From positions 397-64,396 of the forward strand of contig JAFZEI010000015.1 in the NCBI GenBank assembly GCA_017560765.1: DNA of 64,000 nucleotides, given 5' to 3'. Shown piece after piece: positions 39,201 to 47,094 of the stretch. The notes under the pieces are model-generated. The model did no database searches. It saw nothing but the letters and a program-made list of their open reading frames with translations, and was not told the DNA's origin. Source of the DNA: Clostridia bacterium (GTDB lineage Bacteria; Bacillota; Clostridia; UBA1212; UBA1255). Each line of letters begins with the position of its first letter. The stretch's first letter is position 1. A program made the position numbers and the translations under genes.

Positions 39201-39854
39201 ACTACCTCTCAATACGGGATGTTCAGGATTGAGAGCTCTTTTACGGAATGCTGCTAAAGCGTCTTGATCGATCATTCCTTTGAGAACATCATAGTCCCAA
39301 GCTTCTATCTTTGAAATCTCATGAGAAGTACGGAAACCATCAAAGAAGTTAACAAACGGCACGCGACCTTTTATTGTTGAAAGGTGACAAACTGCACCTA
39401 AATCCATTACTTCTTGAGGATTTGTACAAGCCATCATTGCAAAACCTGTTTGACGGCAAGCATATACGTCTGAATGATCTCCGAAAATATTAAGTGCGTG
39501 TGATGCTACACATCTTGCTGATACGTGAATAACGCAAGGTAAAAGCTCACCGGCAATTTTATACATATTAGGAATCATCAGGAGTAAACCTTGTGAAGCA
39601 GTATAAGTTGTTGTAAGAGCTCCGGCTGCCAAGCTGCCATGTACAGTTCCGGCAGCACCTGCCTCTGACTGCATTTCCATAACTCTTACATTATCACCGA
39701 AAATATTCTTAAGGCCTGTTGCTGACCATGAGTCAGTAAGCTCAGCCATAACACTGGACGGTGTAATAGGATAAATACTTGCTACCTCTGTGAATGCATA
39801 ACTCACATGAGCGGCAGCTGTATTACCGTCCATTGAAATCTTTTTTCTTGCCAT
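36300..39854 (-). CDS. nifJ: Pyruvate:ferredoxin (flavodoxin) oxidoreductase
   Basis: 1184 aa single-chain PFOR. Two 4Fe-4S ferredoxin motifs (CIQCNQCAYVCPHA; CMGCGLCVKVCP) and a TPP-binding GDG domain. Confidence 0.95.
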   Translation of the reverse strand: MARKKISMDGNTAAAHVSYAFTEVASIYPITPSSVMAELTDSWSATGLKNIFGDNVRVMEMQSEAGAAGTVHGSLAAGALTTTYTASQGLLLMIPNMYKIAGELLPCVIHVSARCVASHALNIFGDHSDVYACRQTGFAMMACTNPQEVMDLGAVCHLSTIKGRVPFVNFFDGFRTSHEISKIEAWDYDVLKGMIDQDALAAFRKRALNPEHPVLRGSAENGDIFFQHREACNKYYDALPAIVEEYMDKVNAEIGTNYKLFNYYGAPDADRVIVAMGSICDVAEEVIDYMLAQGEKVGLVKVRLYRPFSAEKLVEAIPATAKKIAVLDRTKEPGSLGEPLYLDVVTALATKGINAKVVGGRYGLGSKDTPPQSIFAVYENLKADEPKANFSIGIVDDVTNRSLEEKVAPDTAPAGTISCKFWGLGGDGTVGANKNSIKIIGDHTDKFIQAYFQYDSKKTGGVTISHLRFGDKAIKSSYYVTKADFVACHNPSYIVKGYKIVNDVKPGGIFLLNCQWTPEEVEKHLPAEAKKYIAENDVKFYIVNAIDKAREIGMGKRTNTILQSAFFALANIMPIEEAVDYMKAAAKKSYLKKGEAVVEMNYKAIDAGVDAIVKIDVPTSWKDAKSDAVASDVKSNRPEMVKFVNEILKPVGMMQGDSLPVSVFADMADGTFPQGSSAFEKRGVAVDVPEWIPENCIQCNQCAYVCPHATIRPFAMSKEEADAAPESTKKVQMKGKGCEEYTFTMSISPLDCMGCGLCVKVCPAKEKALKMVSQESQAAQQDAFDYTVATVTKKPTSFSDFTVKGSQFNQPLLEFSGSCAGCAETSYARLITQLFGERMYISNATGCSSIWGGSAPATPYTVNRDSGRGPAWGNSLFEDNAEHGLGMFLGQKAVRDRLIACVERIAGRTECAELKELCTAYLDTVDDGAANAVASEKLIAKLESIDCDCCERKEILSSKEFLAKKSVWIFGGDGWAYDIGFGGLDHVIASGEDVNIMVFDTEVYSNTGGQASKASRLGQVAQFAAAGKAIGKKNLAEIAMSYGYVYVAQIAMGADMNQTIKALKEAEAYKGPSIIIGYAPCEMHGVKGGMSNCQEEMKKAVAAGYWQTFRFNPELKAEGKNPLTIDCKAPTESYIAFIESETRYSRLKQQFPERAEKLFAEAEEEAKARYNRLLKMKDLYEVQE

Positions 39855-39856
39855 AA

Positions 39857-40801
39857 TTATTTTGCCTCCTTAGCTGCGAGAATTTTCTCTGCAATTGCTT
39901 CTGCGTTCAGGCCGTATTTTTCGAGAAGTGCTGCAGGAGTTCCTGACTTACCGAATTTCTCCTCAACACCAATCATTTTAACTTTGCAAGGATAGTTCTG
40001 TGAAAGAGCCTCACAAACTGCGCCACCTAAACCACCTGATATATTATGCTCTTCAACAGTTACAATAAAACCTGTTTCTTTAGCAGCTTTTACAAGAATT
40101 TCTGTATCTATAGGCTTAATTGTATGCATATCGATAACTCTTGCATTAACGCCTTTTTCATCAAGAATTTCTGCAGCCTTCAAAGACTCCTGTACCATAA
40201 GGCCTGTTGCTACGATTGTAAGATCAGTACCTTCTTTAATTTCTACACCCTTACCAACTTCAAATTTGAATGTTTCGGGATCATGTACAGCTTCTACGCC
40301 AAGTCTTCCGAGACGAACGTATACAGGACCATCATGCTCGATAGCTGCTTTAATAGCAAGCTTTGTCTCAATCTCATCGCAAGGACTGAGTACCAACATA
40401 TTGGGAAGTGCTCTCATTACAGCAAGATCCTCAATACACTGATGTGATGCACCATCTTCACCAACTGTAAGACCTGCGTGTGTTGCGCAAACTTTTACGT
40501 TAAGTTTCGGATAGCATATAGCATTACGAATCTGCTCACATGCACGTTCTGCTGCAAAAATAGCAAATGTGCTGGCGAAGACAATTTTGCCTGTTGAAGC
40601 AAGACCTGCTGCAACGCTCATCATATTGCCTTCTGCAATACCCATATTAAAATGTCTCTCAGGATATACTTTTTTAAATGTATCTGTTTTTGTTGATTTT
40701 GACAAGTCGGCGTCAAGAACAATAATTCTCTCGTCTGCACCAAACTCTGCCAATGCTTTACCGTAAGCTTCTCTAGTTGCTACTTTACCCATTATTTTCA
40801 A
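39857..40801 (-). CDS. Transketolase, C-terminal subunit (pyrimidine-binding + C-terminal domains)
   Basis: Split transketolase family. 314 aa. Confidence 0.85.
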   Translation of the reverse strand: MKIMGKVATREAYGKALAEFGADERIIVLDADLSKSTKTDTFKKVYPERHFNMGIAEGNMMSVAAGLASTGKIVFASTFAIFAAERACEQIRNAICYPKLNVKVCATHAGLTVGEDGASHQCIEDLAVMRALPNMLVLSPCDEIETKLAIKAAIEHDGPVYVRLGRLGVEAVHDPETFKFEVGKGVEIKEGTDLTIVATGLMVQESLKAAEILDEKGVNARVIDMHTIKPIDTEILVKAAKETGFIVTVEEHNISGGLGGAVCEALSQNYPCKVKMIGVEEKFGKSGTPAALLEKYGLNAEAIAEKILAAKEAK

Positions 40802-41658
40802 GCCTCCTCTGCGATTTCTTTATCGATTTTAGCCATAAGGGCATCAAGCTCTGAAATAGCCTGATCTCTCTGCTCCTGATTAGGTGCTGTACCGTGCCAT
40901 GCATAATTATTCTCCATGAAAGAAACACCCTTACCCTTTACACAGTGGCAAACAACCATTGTAGGCTTGCCTTTAACTGTCTTAGCTGTCTCGATGGCAT
41001 TTTTAATTTGCTCGTGATCATGTCCGTCTACGGAAATAACATTCCAACCGAAAGCTGCAAACTTGTCCGCAATCGGCTCAGGATTCATAACGTCTGTAAT
41101 ATTACCGTCAATTTGGAGTCCGTTATAATCAACGAAAGCTGTAAGGTTATCAAGTTTATAATGAGCGCCTGCCATAGCAGCCTCCCAAACCTGACCTTCT
41201 TCAATTTCTCCATCGCCGAGAATTGAGTATACTCTGTAATCTTTCTTGTCAATTTTTCCTGCAAGAGCCATACCTACAGCAGTAGAAATTCCCTGACCCA
41301 ATGAACCTGTTGACATATCAACTCCGGGAACGTAAGTCATGTTAGGATGTCCTTCTAAATAGCTGTCTACCTTACGGAATGTGTATAAATCCTCCTCAGG
41401 GAAGAAGCCCTTTACTGCAAGGGTTGCGTAAAGTGCAGGTGCACAGTGACCCTTTGAAAGAACAAATCTGTCTCTGTTGGGATCCTTAGGATTCTTTGTG
41501 TCAACTCTCATTTCAGCAAAATACAGTGTAGTAAAAATATCTGTACATGAGAGTGATCCGCCCGGATGTCCGGACTTTGCAGAAAATACTTCTTCTATAA
41601 TGTATTTTCTGATTTGAGTAGCTTTTTTCTGTAAATCAAGCTTTGTGCGCTTGTCCAT
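40798..41658 (-). CDS. Transketolase, N-terminal (thiamine diphosphate-binding) subunit
   Basis: GHPGGSLS, the GDG-like GDGEIEEG TPP motif. 286 aa. Confidence 0.85.
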   Translation of the reverse strand: MDKRTKLDLQKKATQIRKYIIEEVFSAKSGHPGGSLSCTDIFTTLYFAEMRVDTKNPKDPNRDRFVLSKGHCAPALYATLAVKGFFPEEDLYTFRKVDSYLEGHPNMTYVPGVDMSTGSLGQGISTAVGMALAGKIDKKDYRVYSILGDGEIEEGQVWEAAMAGAHYKLDNLTAFVDYNGLQIDGNITDVMNPEPIADKFAAFGWNVISVDGHDHEQIKNAIETAKTVKGKPTMVVCHCVKGKGVSFMENNYAWHGTAPNQEQRDQAISELDALMAKIDKEIAEEA

Positions 41659-41745
41659 GATGTAATCTCCTCCATATCATAAAATTATTTAAATATAGCA
41701 TGAATTATAATAAACTGCCGAAGCAATCATTAACATAAATATAAA

Positions 41746-42198
41746 TTAGTTTCTGCCTTCTATTTCTGTGATAGTATCAAGTCTAACCTGATGTCTGCCA
41801 CCTTCAAATTCAGCATTTACCCACTCATCAACTATCATTTTGGCAAGCTCTGTTCCTACAACACGAGCGCCAAAGCAAAGAATGTTTGAATTATTGTGAA
41901 TCTTAGAAAGCTTTGCCGAAAAAGGTTCTGAACAAACTGCTGCCCTTATACCATTAACCTTATTTGCAGCAATGGAAATACCGATTCCCGTACCGCATAT
42001 AAGTATACCTCTTTCACATTCTCCCGAAGCAACAGCATTAGCCACCTCTTCTGCCTTTGCTGCATAATTGCTGGCAGTGGTAGATTCTGTGCCAAAATCT
42101 TTAACTTCTATTCCCTTCGATTCGAGATGTGCTTTAATAACTTCTTTAAGTGCTACCGCACTGTGATCGTTTCCTATTGCGTACATTTCTCTCTTCAA
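41746..42198 (-). CDS. rpiB: Ribose-5-phosphate isomerase B
   Basis: RpiB/LacA/LacB family. 150 aa. Contains GICGTGIGISIAANK. Confidence 0.9.
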   Translation of the reverse strand: MKREMYAIGNDHSAVALKEVIKAHLESKGIEVKDFGTESTTASNYAAKAEEVANAVASGECERGILICGTGIGISIAANKVNGIRAAVCSEPFSAKLSKIHNNSNILCFGARVVGTELAKMIVDEWVNAEFEGGRHQVRLDTITEIEGRN

Positions 42199-42288
42199 GC
42201 CTCCTATTGTTTTTTTACAGTCTTATACAGAAGCTTTACACTTCTTTCCAATTTATTATTATACACCCTCAGCTTTTAAAATTCAATT

Positions 42289-42326
42289 AAAAAAAGACAG
42301 TTTCGCGGGAAACTGTCTTTTAAAAA
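42289..42326. terminator. Rho-independent terminator (hairpin GACAGTTTC-GCGG-GAAACTGTC flanked by A/T runs)
   Basis: Read directly. Terminates the minus-strand gene 42344..43108. Confidence 0.6.
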
Positions 42327-42343
42327 CACGCTATTTTAACAGA

Positions 42344-43108
42344 TTATGCAAAAATCTTCTTTTTTGCAACTACAGTCAATGCCAAGGCAGCAATTACAAC
42401 CAAGAAAACAACACTTACATCTCCTGAATTGGGATTCTTGTTGGGATCTTGTGGCTTTGTTTCGTCTTTATCTGTGTCTGTATTTGTATCTTTATCTGTA
42501 TCTGTGTCTGTGTCGGCATCATTATCTGTATCGCCCTCACCTGCGGAAATATATGCCTGAGCTTCTTCCACAGTTTTAAACATAGCTACCCAGTCAACAT
42601 CAACTACCGCACCGCTTGCGTTTACAGGATCAATTCTAAACCATTTTACTTCGTCTACCCACTTGTCTAATGATGATCCGTCAGCAATTACATACTGCCA
42701 GTCAGTATTCTCTGCATCAATATCTCCTGTGGCACAAGCAGCTCCGCCTTTGATAAGAATCTGAAGTCTCATATTGTCTGCAGGAGTTACAATTCTCATT
42801 TTTGCAACAACTACCTTGAGAGTATTACAATCAATCGGATCTAATCCCGCACTTGTAATATCTCCTGCATGAGCGCCGGCTGATGATGTACCGGGATAAA
42901 TATATCCGTCTCCGCTCTTATCAGTTAAAGTAACATATTCATCCTCTACTTTAATTGTAGAAACAGTAGGTATTGTAAGACCTTCATCTGCGCCTTGCTC
43001 TGCACTACCTAAATCCCAAAACCATCCCGGTTCTGCTGCGAAAGCCGGAACAACACTTGCACTTAAAATAAGTACAACCATAATCATTAAAGCAACTAAT
43101 TTTTTCAT
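42344..43108 (-). CDS. Secreted/surface protein with acidic (DT)n linker and C-terminal TM anchor with KKK tail
   Basis: Signal peptide (MKKLVALMIMVVLILSASVVPAFA). The N-terminal domain is homologous to the N-terminus of the 50451..54587 protein. It ends with a DTDTDTDKDTNTDTDKDET repeat, NPNSGD, a hydrophobic segment and KKKIFA. Confidence 0.6.
   Translation of the reverse strand: MKKLVALMIMVVLILSASVVPAFAAEPGWFWDLGSAEQGADEGLTIPTVSTIKVEDEYVTLTDKSGDGYIYPGTSSAGAHAGDITSAGLDPIDCNTLKVVVAKMRIVTPADNMRLQILIKGGAACATGDIDAENTDWQYVIADGSSLDKWVDEVKWFRIDPVNASGAVVDVDWVAMFKTVEEAQAYISAGEGDTDNDADTDTDTDKDTNTDTDKDETKPQDPNKNPNSGDVSVVFLVVIAALALTVVAKKKIFA
42420..42545. repeat. Coding microsatellite-like repeat (GTATCTGTGTCTGTnTC units) encoding the (D-T/K/N)n acidic linker
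   Basis: Tandem degenerate 6-nt units are visible in the sequence. The antisense ORFs (ICICICV) are artefacts of the repeat. Confidence 0.6.
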
Positions 43109-43251
43109 TTTTGCCTCCTCCTAATTTTTAAAAATTATCTAATCTAGATTCATAATCCACAGTATATTTCAATGCATCGGATATGTCAATTGTAATTTTT
43201 TTCTTCGATTTGCATATACTTACAATAAAACTATAGGAGAAGAAGATATTT

Positions 43252-44127
43252 ATGAAAGATGGATACTATTACTTTTTACCTGCCTATTTAGAAAAGGAAA
43301 AATCTAACAAATATGAAGCTGACAAGTCTTTAGGATATATTTCAATCACATGTGCTCCCGATCGGCATGTTTTTTCTATTCAATGTAGTCTAAACAAAGA
43401 TAAAATTCAGGCTATTGCCAACAGACGCACTCCGATTGAGCTTTACATAAGTCCCGTAACTTATGTAACAAACACATCTGTGTATATCGGTCGCTTTTCT
43501 CTCTCTTCTAAAAATCATTTGTTTTTAGACGCCTCCTTATCAAGCAGGCAAATACTTCCGGAAGAAGACAACCAATACATAATTGTCACTTCCGGCGGCA
43601 GAACATTGATATACTCTCTCATACAAGAAAAACGTCCCGAACCGGTTATAACCGATGAGACTCATTCTGCAAATACCTTCGGAGAAATATTTGATCCTTT
43701 TAACACTACCAATCCTGCCTATAAATGGTTTATACATTATGCCAAAAGCCAAGGCGAGCTGGAAAGAATATTCCGTACATTAAAAATACACCCGGAAATG
43801 TTCGGGAAAATTAATAACTATAATACCGGATTTTCGTCTGATACATTCATTAAAACGGCATACTACGCTCTTCGCGTAACAGGGCACATTTTGCGAGGTG
43901 AATACAGCGATCCGATAAGTGATAGATTTTTTACAGTTATAGGCTTACCCGGCTGGAATATTCGAAACAGAAAAAAATCCGCCCCTTCCATTCGCATATA
44001 CGCTCGCTGGATTACAGCCCAAAACAAGCCTGCAAAGCTTAACGCCGGCAACTACAATGGATATTGGCTATATTACTTTGATAAAGAAACGGGTTATCCT
44101 GTAAAAGCCGTTCTTAAAAATAATTAA
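43252..44127 (+). CDS. Hypothetical protein
   Basis: 291-aa ORF with an AGGAGAAG RBS-like sequence upstream. No recognisable motifs. Confidence 0.45.
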   Translation: MKDGYYYFLPAYLEKEKSNKYEADKSLGYISITCAPDRHVFSIQCSLNKDKIQAIANRRTPIELYISPVTYVTNTSVYIGRFSLSSKNHLFLDASLSSRQILPEEDNQYIIVTSGGRTLIYSLIQEKRPEPVITDETHSANTFGEIFDPFNTTNPAYKWFIHYAKSQGELERIFRTLKIHPEMFGKINNYNTGFSSDTFIKTAYYALRVTGHILRGEYSDPISDRFFTVIGLPGWNIRNRKKSAPSIRIYARWITAQNKPAKLNAGNYNGYWLYYFDKETGYPVKAVLKNN

Positions 44128-44627
44128 AGAAACATGCATACTATTCCGGCTGATATTGCCGAAATAAAATTTGCTGTTAATGCTGCCGGAAGTACTCCCG
44201 GCAATTTTCTTATTTTTGTTTTCTCTGTATACACTGCCATTGTGTAAAATATTGTTTCTGTAGAGCCCATCATTACACAAGCCGTTCTTGCTTCGTATGA
44301 ATCCGCTCCGCATTTTGTCATTATATCTCTCAATGTTGCTAAGGACGCACTGCCCGAAACCGGTCTTATAAGCACAAGAGGAAAAATTTCTCCGTTTATT
44401 CCTATTTTCTTTAGGACAGGTGATGCAAAATCCACTAAAAACTCTAATATTCCCGAATCTCTGAAAACTCCTATTGCTACAATTAAGCCTATTAAGGAGG
44501 GAACTAATTTTATTATTGTCACTGCACCGTCTTTTGCGCCTTTTACAAAACTGTCAAAGCACGCCACCCCTTTTATAAAACCTATGATAACTATTATTAA
44601 AACAAATACAGGCAATATGTATGTCAT
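44124..44627 (-). CDS. spmB: Spore maturation protein B (nucleoside-transporter/Gate-domain membrane protein)
   Basis: 167-aa membrane protein overlapping spmA by 4 nt. Matches the SpmB family pattern. Confidence 0.75.
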   Translation of the reverse strand: MTYILPVFVLIIVIIGFIKGVACFDSFVKGAKDGAVTIIKLVPSLIGLIVAIGVFRDSGILEFLVDFASPVLKKIGINGEIFPLVLIRPVSGSASLATLRDIMTKCGADSYEARTACVMMGSTETIFYTMAVYTEKTKIRKLPGVLPAALTANFISAISAGIVCMFL

Positions 44628-45208
44628 ACTTTTCCCCCTTTTCGAAAAAACAACTTATTGCATATCACAAAAACAGTTAAAGAAAAAATCATCGAAACTA
44701 TAGAAACTATCCATGTTGGGATTAAAATATCCACAGGGGCAGAGGCACCTAATTCTGCACGCATCGCAATAACTGTAGTTGGGAGTAATTGAATTCCTGC
44801 AGAATTTATTACAAGAAACAAACAAACATCTTTTATGTTATTTTGCATTTCAGCAACTGCCTCTATTCCTGAAGGTGTCGCTCCGTTTCCTAATCCAAGA
44901 AAATTTGCAGCAAAATTTGTAACAATTGCATTTTGCGCTTTTTCATTCTTTCTTGCAGACGGAAAAAGGCTCGATATTATAGGTTTAACAATTTTCGAAA
45001 ACCATTTTACAGCCCCTGCATCTTCAAGTATTTTTATAATCCCACACCAAAGGGAAACAATTCCAATTAGCCCCACCGCAAATTCTACTGCCTCCTTTGC
45101 CGACGATATAATGCTGTTCATAATCATATCTGTCTTACCCAAAGCAATGCTTCCTCCGATACCAATTATCATAAGCAGAACCCATATAATATTAAGCATT
45201 TTCATCAC
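44624..45208 (-). CDS. spmA: Spore maturation protein A
   Basis: 194-aa membrane protein. Has the SpmA family pattern (GIIKILEDAG...NFLGLGNGATP). Confidence 0.75.
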   Translation of the reverse strand: MMKMLNIIWVLLMIIGIGGSIALGKTDMIMNSIISSAKEAVEFAVGLIGIVSLWCGIIKILEDAGAVKWFSKIVKPIISSLFPSARKNEKAQNAIVTNFAANFLGLGNGATPSGIEAVAEMQNNIKDVCLFLVINSAGIQLLPTTVIAMRAELGASAPVDILIPTWIVSIVSMIFSLTVFVICNKLFFRKGGKV

Positions 45209-45313
45209 CTCTAAATCGAAACATCTTTTTAAATATATGTTTCCTTATTCGGTTATATGCACTTTTGGTTTTCCATTTTTTGGCAAATAGCACGGGAAAT
45301 ATTTCCCATAAAT

Positions 45314-45342
45314 TTGACATTATTCAACAATTTTGTTAATAT
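45314..45342 (+). promoter_or_regulatory. Sigma-A promoter of the abrB-like gene (TTGACA-17-TAATAT), followed by TTCGTCA (Spo0A-box-like) and a palindrome
   Basis: Read directly: TTGACA at 45314..45319, TAATAT at 45337..45342, TTCGTCA at 45343..45349, ACATTCAgtTGAATGT at 45349..45364. Confidence 0.5.
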
Positions 45343-45389
45343 TTCGTCACATTCAGTTGAATGTTTTTTCTATATAAGGAGGTAAAAAA

Positions 45390-45650
45390 ATGAAATCAAC
45401 AGGAATTGTAAGAAGAGTAGACAAATTAGGACGCATAGTAATTCCAATGGAGTTAAGAAAGGTGTTGAATATTTCAAATCGCGATGCAATAGAAATATTT
45501 TCTCAAGATAATACACTCATATTAAGAAAATATGAGCCTTCATGTATTTTTTGCGGTAACGCCACAAATGTAACAACATACAAGGGCATTAATATATGTC
45601 CGGAATGCATCATGAGGATGCAAAAATATATAAAAAAGAACGCAGTTTAA
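45390..45650 (+). CDS. abrB: AbrB/SpoVT-family transition-state regulator-like protein with C-terminal 4-Cys (CxxC...CxxC) tail
   Basis: N-terminus MKSTGIVRRVDKLGRIVIPMELRKVLNI is almost identical to the AbrB swapped-hairpin DNA-binding domain. The C-terminus CIFCGN-x17-CPEC is atypical. Confidence 0.75.
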   Translation: MKSTGIVRRVDKLGRIVIPMELRKVLNISNRDAIEIFSQDNTLILRKYEPSCIFCGNATNVTTYKGINICPECIMRMQKYIKKNAV

Positions 45651-45699
45651 TAGTTTCCCCCAACTGTTCTCCCTCTGTTGTCTTTTCGTTCAAGGCAAC

Positions 45700-45748
45700 A
45701 AAAAAGCCCTTGAAATTATCAATCGATAATTCAAGGGCATTTTTTTAT
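45700..45748. terminator. Bidirectional rho-independent terminator (abrB-like / tuf)
   Basis: AAAAAA-GCCCTTGAATTATC-loop-GATAATTCAAGGGC-ATTTTTTT. Confidence 0.7.
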
Positions 45749-45770
45749 TATCTAGTAATATTATTTAATA

Positions 45771-46979
45771 TTATTCAATAATTTTAGCAACAGCGCCGGC
45801 ACCAACTGTTCTACCACCTTCACGGATAGCGAAACGGAGACCTTCTTCCATAGCGATAGGAGTGATAAGTTTAACTTCCATCTCGATGTTATCACCGGGC
45901 ATTACCATTTCTACTCCCTCAGGAAGTTGGATAACACCTGTAACGTCTGTTGTTCTGAAGTAGAACTGAGGTCTGTAATTGCTGAAGAATGGTGAGTGAC
46001 GTCCACCCTCATCCTTAGTCAATACGTAAACTTGACCTTTGAAGTGTGTATGAGGTTGAATTGTACCGGGTTTAACAAGAACCTGTCCTCTTTCGATTTC
46101 TGTTCTCTGAATACCTCTTAAGAGTACACCGATGTTGTCGCCTGCTTCAGCTTGATCGAGTTGTTTACGGAACATCTCAACACCTGTTACAACTGTGCTC
46201 AACTTCTCATCGCTGAGACCAACGATTTCTGCAGGATCACCAACTTTGATAACACCTCTTTCAAGACGACCTGTAGCAACAGTACCACGTCCTGTGATTG
46301 TGAATACGTCCTCAACAGGCATAAGGAAAGGCTTATCTGTAGGTCTCTCAGGTGTAGGAATGTAGCTGTCTACAGCATCCATAAGCTCTTTGATGCAAGC
46401 GTACTCAGGTGCATTTGAATCAGAATTTGCGCACTGGAGAGCTGTAAGAGCAGAACCTCTGATAATCGGAATCTCATCTCCGGGGAACTCATATGAGCTG
46501 AGAAGCTCTCTGATTTCCATCTCAGCGAGGTCGAGGAGCTCTTCGTCGCCTTCGTCGATCATGTCACATTTGTTCATGAATACAACGATGTAAGGAACGC
46601 CAACCTGACGAGCAAGAAGAATGTGCTCTCTTGTCTGAGCCTGCGGGCCATCAGGACCTGAAACGAGAAGGATAGCACCGTCCATCTGAGCTGCACCTGT
46701 GATCATGTTCTTAACATAGTCAGCATGTCCGGGGCAGTCAACGTGAGCATAGTGTCTTGTAGCTGTCTCATACTCAACGTGTGCTGTATTAATAGTAATA
46801 CCTCTTTCTCTCTCCTCGGGAGCGCCGTCGATTTCGTCATATGCTTTTGCTTCAGCAGCACCGTCTAAAGAAAGAGTCTTTGTGATAGCGGCAGTCAATG
46901 TTGTCTTACCGTGGTCAACGTGACCAATTGTACCGATATTTACGTGGGGTTTTGTTCTTACGAACTTAGCTTTTGCCAT
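45771..46979 (-). CDS. tuf: Elongation factor Tu
   Basis: [19 protein letters not shown]-motifs. 402 aa. Confidence 0.98.
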   Translation of the reverse strand: MAKAKFVRTKPHVNIGTIGHVDHGKTTLTAAITKTLSLDGAAEAKAYDEIDGAPEERERGITINTAHVEYETATRHYAHVDCPGHADYVKNMITGAAQMDGAILLVSGPDGPQAQTREHILLARQVGVPYIVVFMNKCDMIDEGDEELLDLAEMEIRELLSSYEFPGDEIPIIRGSALTALQCANSDSNAPEYACIKELMDAVDSYIPTPERPTDKPFLMPVEDVFTITGRGTVATGRLERGVIKVGDPAEIVGLSDEKLSTVVTGVEMFRKQLDQAEAGDNIGVLLRGIQRTEIERGQVLVKPGTIQPHTHFKGQVYVLTKDEGGRHSPFFSNYRPQFYFRTTDVTGVIQLPEGVEMVMPGDNIEMEVKLITPIAMEEGLRFAIREGGRTVGAGAVAKIIE

Positions 46980-47094
46980 TTTAAATCCTCCTTAAATAAT
47001 AAAATAATCAAAATAATTGAAAATGTGTCCTTTTTGTATATTACACTTTTTCATTTTTTTTTGCAAGTATATTTTTGTGCTTGTAAATCAAGCA

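Noticed and set aside
42420-42545. Possible CRISPR-like short repeats
   Set aside because: The repeats are contiguous hexanucleotide-like units with no spacers and lie inside a CDS. This is a coding microsatellite, not a CRISPR array.
42346-42670. Plus-strand ORFs encoding ICICICV/LYLYLYL-like peptides
   Set aside because: They are antisense read-through of the DT-coding tandem repeat inside the surface-protein gene. They are low-complexity and have no RBS.
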